Of a DNA stretch of 64,000 nt, positions 61,813 through 64,000 are shown one piece after another. The notes under the pieces were generated by a model, which had not been told where the DNA came from, did no database searches, and was given only the letters and a program-made list of their open reading frames with translations. Every line of letters begins with the position of its first letter. The first letter of the stretch is position 1. Source of the DNA: Squalus acanthias (lineage: Eukaryota); assembly GCA_030390025.1 (NCBI GenBank), contig CM059432.1:40922001-40986000 (forward strand), given 5' to 3'. The position numbers were made by a program, and so were the translations under genes.

Positions 61813-63470
61813 TCTTTCTCCCCTATCTCCCCATATGCCCTCTTCAAGCTCATCTTGTCCATGAGACCCACCTCCTGATCCATCAACCCTATTTCCACTA
61901 AGCTGCAGACCAGCCAACTTCCCTTCCTGGCCCACATGTTAGCTGATGCTGTTAATGGTTCTCTGTCCTCAGGTACTGTCCTCCTCCCCTTCAAATCTGC
62001 CGTCATCATTCCTCTCTTCAAAAAACCAACTTGACCCCTCTGTCCTTGCAAACTACCGCCCCGTCTCCAACCTCCCTTTCCTCTCAAGTCCTCGAACGTG
62101 CTGTCGCCTCCCAAATCCGTGCCCATCTTTCCCGCAACTCCATGTTTGAATCCTGCCAGTCAGGTTTTCGCCCCTGCCATAGTACCGAAACGGCTCTTAC
62201 CAAAGTCACAAATGACATGCTATGTGGCTGTGACCATGGTAAACTATCCCTCTTCATCTTTCTCGACCTGTCTTCAGGCTTTGACACGGTTGACCACACC
62301 ATCCTCGTCCAACGCCTCTCATCTGTCGTCCAGCTGGGTGGGACTGCACTCCCCTGGTTCCATTCTTATCTACCCAGTCGTAGCCAGAGAATCACCTGCA
62401 ATGGCTCCTCTTCCCGCTCCCACGCCGTTTCCTCTGGAGTCCCCCAAGGATTTATCCTTTGCCTCCTTTTATTTCTCATCTACATGCTGCCCTTCAGTGC
62501 CATCATCCGAAAGCACAATGTCGGTTTCCACATGTACGCTCACAACATCCAGCTCTACTTCACCACCACCTCTCTCGACCCCTCCACGAACTAAATTGTC
62601 AGACTGCTTGTCCGACTGTATTGGATGAGCAGAAATTTCCTCCAACTAAATATTGGGAAGATCAAAGCCATTGTCTTAGGTCCCTGCCACAAACTCCATT
62701 CCCTAGCTACCGACTCCATCCCTCTTCCTGACAACTGTCTGGGGCCGAACCAGACTGTTCACAACCTTGTTGTCATATTTGACTCCGATATGAGCTTCTG
62801 ATCACATAGCCGCGCCATCACTAAGGCCGCCTATTTCTACCTCCGTAACGTTACCTGACTCCGCCCCTTCCTCAGCTCATCTGCTGCTGGAACCCTCATC
62901 CATGCCTTTGTTACCTCTAGACTTGACTATTCCAATGCACTCCTGGCCAGCCTCCCATCTTCCACTCTCCATAAACTTAAGCTCATCCAAAACTCTGCTG
63001 CCCGTATCCTAACTCGCAGCAAGTCCCATTTGCCCATCACCCCTGTGCTCGCTAACCTAAATTGGCTCCCGGTTAAGCAGTGCCTCAATTTTAATATTCT
63101 TATCCTTGTTTTCAAATCTTTCCATGACCTCGCCCCTCCCTATCTCTATAACCTCCTCCAGCCCTACAACCCTCCGAGATATCTGCGCTCCTCCAATTCT
63201 GGCCTCTTGCGCATCCCTGATTTTAATTGCTCCACCATTGGCGCAGTGCCTTCAGCTGCTGAGGCCCTAAGCTCTGGAATTCTCTCCCTAAACTTCTCCG
63301 CCTCTCTGTCTCTTTTTCCTCCTTTAAGACGTACCTTAAAACCTACCTCTTTGACCAAGCTGCCCTATTATCTCGTGGTTCAATGTCAAATTTTGTTTGA
63401 TAATGCTCCTGTGAAGCGCCTGGGGTGTTTTACTACGTTAAAAGTGCTATATAAATGCAAGTTGTTGTTG
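61813..63470 (+). mobile_element. L2 LINE, 5'-truncated, same family as 13146-15414
   Basis: [29 protein letters not shown]; tail gctatataaatgcaagttgttgttg. Confidence 0.93.
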
Positions 63471-63734
63471 TTTGAAATTTATTTTGTTGTTAAGAACACC
63501 TCATATTTTATTCCATTTATTGTGCCAAATGTTTAATAAGATCAAGGGTGCTCCTCATTTCCCAGTGTCCCAATAACTCCATTTCAAGTGCACTGTTAGA
63601 GGTTTTGTTCATAAACTTGTTAGTGTAAACAAATGGGGCAAAGTACTGAATAATTGTAGTGACAATCTGAGTCCAGCATTTGTTTTTCCCTTATGTCATC
63701 TCGCAGTGCATTAACATTATGACTTTAACATTAT

Positions 63735-64000
63735 GGGGGAGAAATTCAGTATTGTCCCATTTGGGGCGCAATTATCGGCCGGGCGCAAAGATTAGCGCCT
63801 GGCGCTAATTATCGCCACCGACTGCAAACTTGACTTTTATCGCCCGTGGAGGTGATTGGAGCGCTAAATCAGGTGCTTCACACCTGTCTTAAGGCGCAAA
63901 GGCCGAGGAGCGAGGCGCTACCTCAGAGCGCTGGCGAAGCTCATGTGATGTCAGTCAGCAATGGAACACAGACACACTGGCGCGGCCAGTTCTTAAAGGG
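63735..64000. mobile_element. Left end of another probable Harbinger-type element, truncated by the window
   Basis: tat|gggggagaaattc terminus resembling the other TIRs; abrupt CpG-rich ggcgc repeats; second TIR not visible. Confidence 0.5.

Overview
Vertebrate genomic DNA, most likely a cartilaginous fish (shark); this is inferred from the repeat repertoire, not from a search. The window lies inside one + strand gene, VIRMA/KIAA1429 (m6A writer-complex scaffold). I traced 16 consecutive coding exons (equivalent to human exons 2-17, 4215 nt = 1405 codons). All introns are GT-AG and phase-compatible; exon 1 and the 3' exons lie outside the window. The introns are packed with mobile DNA: 5'-truncated and nested CR1 LINEs, L2 LINEs (one with a perfect 17-bp TSD), RTE and other old LINEs, several tRNA-head SINE families, Penelope-like palindromes, a hAT MITE, and a decayed full-length PIF/Harbinger transposon (Myb/SANT gene plus HARBI1-type transposase) with three related MITEs. 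There is no prokaryotic-type system or CRISPR array. The most unexpected items are a TA-flanked TIR element carrying a histone H2A core fragment, a Harbinger exon that is phase-compatible with VIRMA exon 12, a polyQ insertion in VIRMA, a three-level transposon nest with a perfect 21-bp hairpin, and LF-SINE-like copies. Comparisons to human VIRMA, H2A and repeat consensi are from memory. Boundaries of old repeats are approximate.
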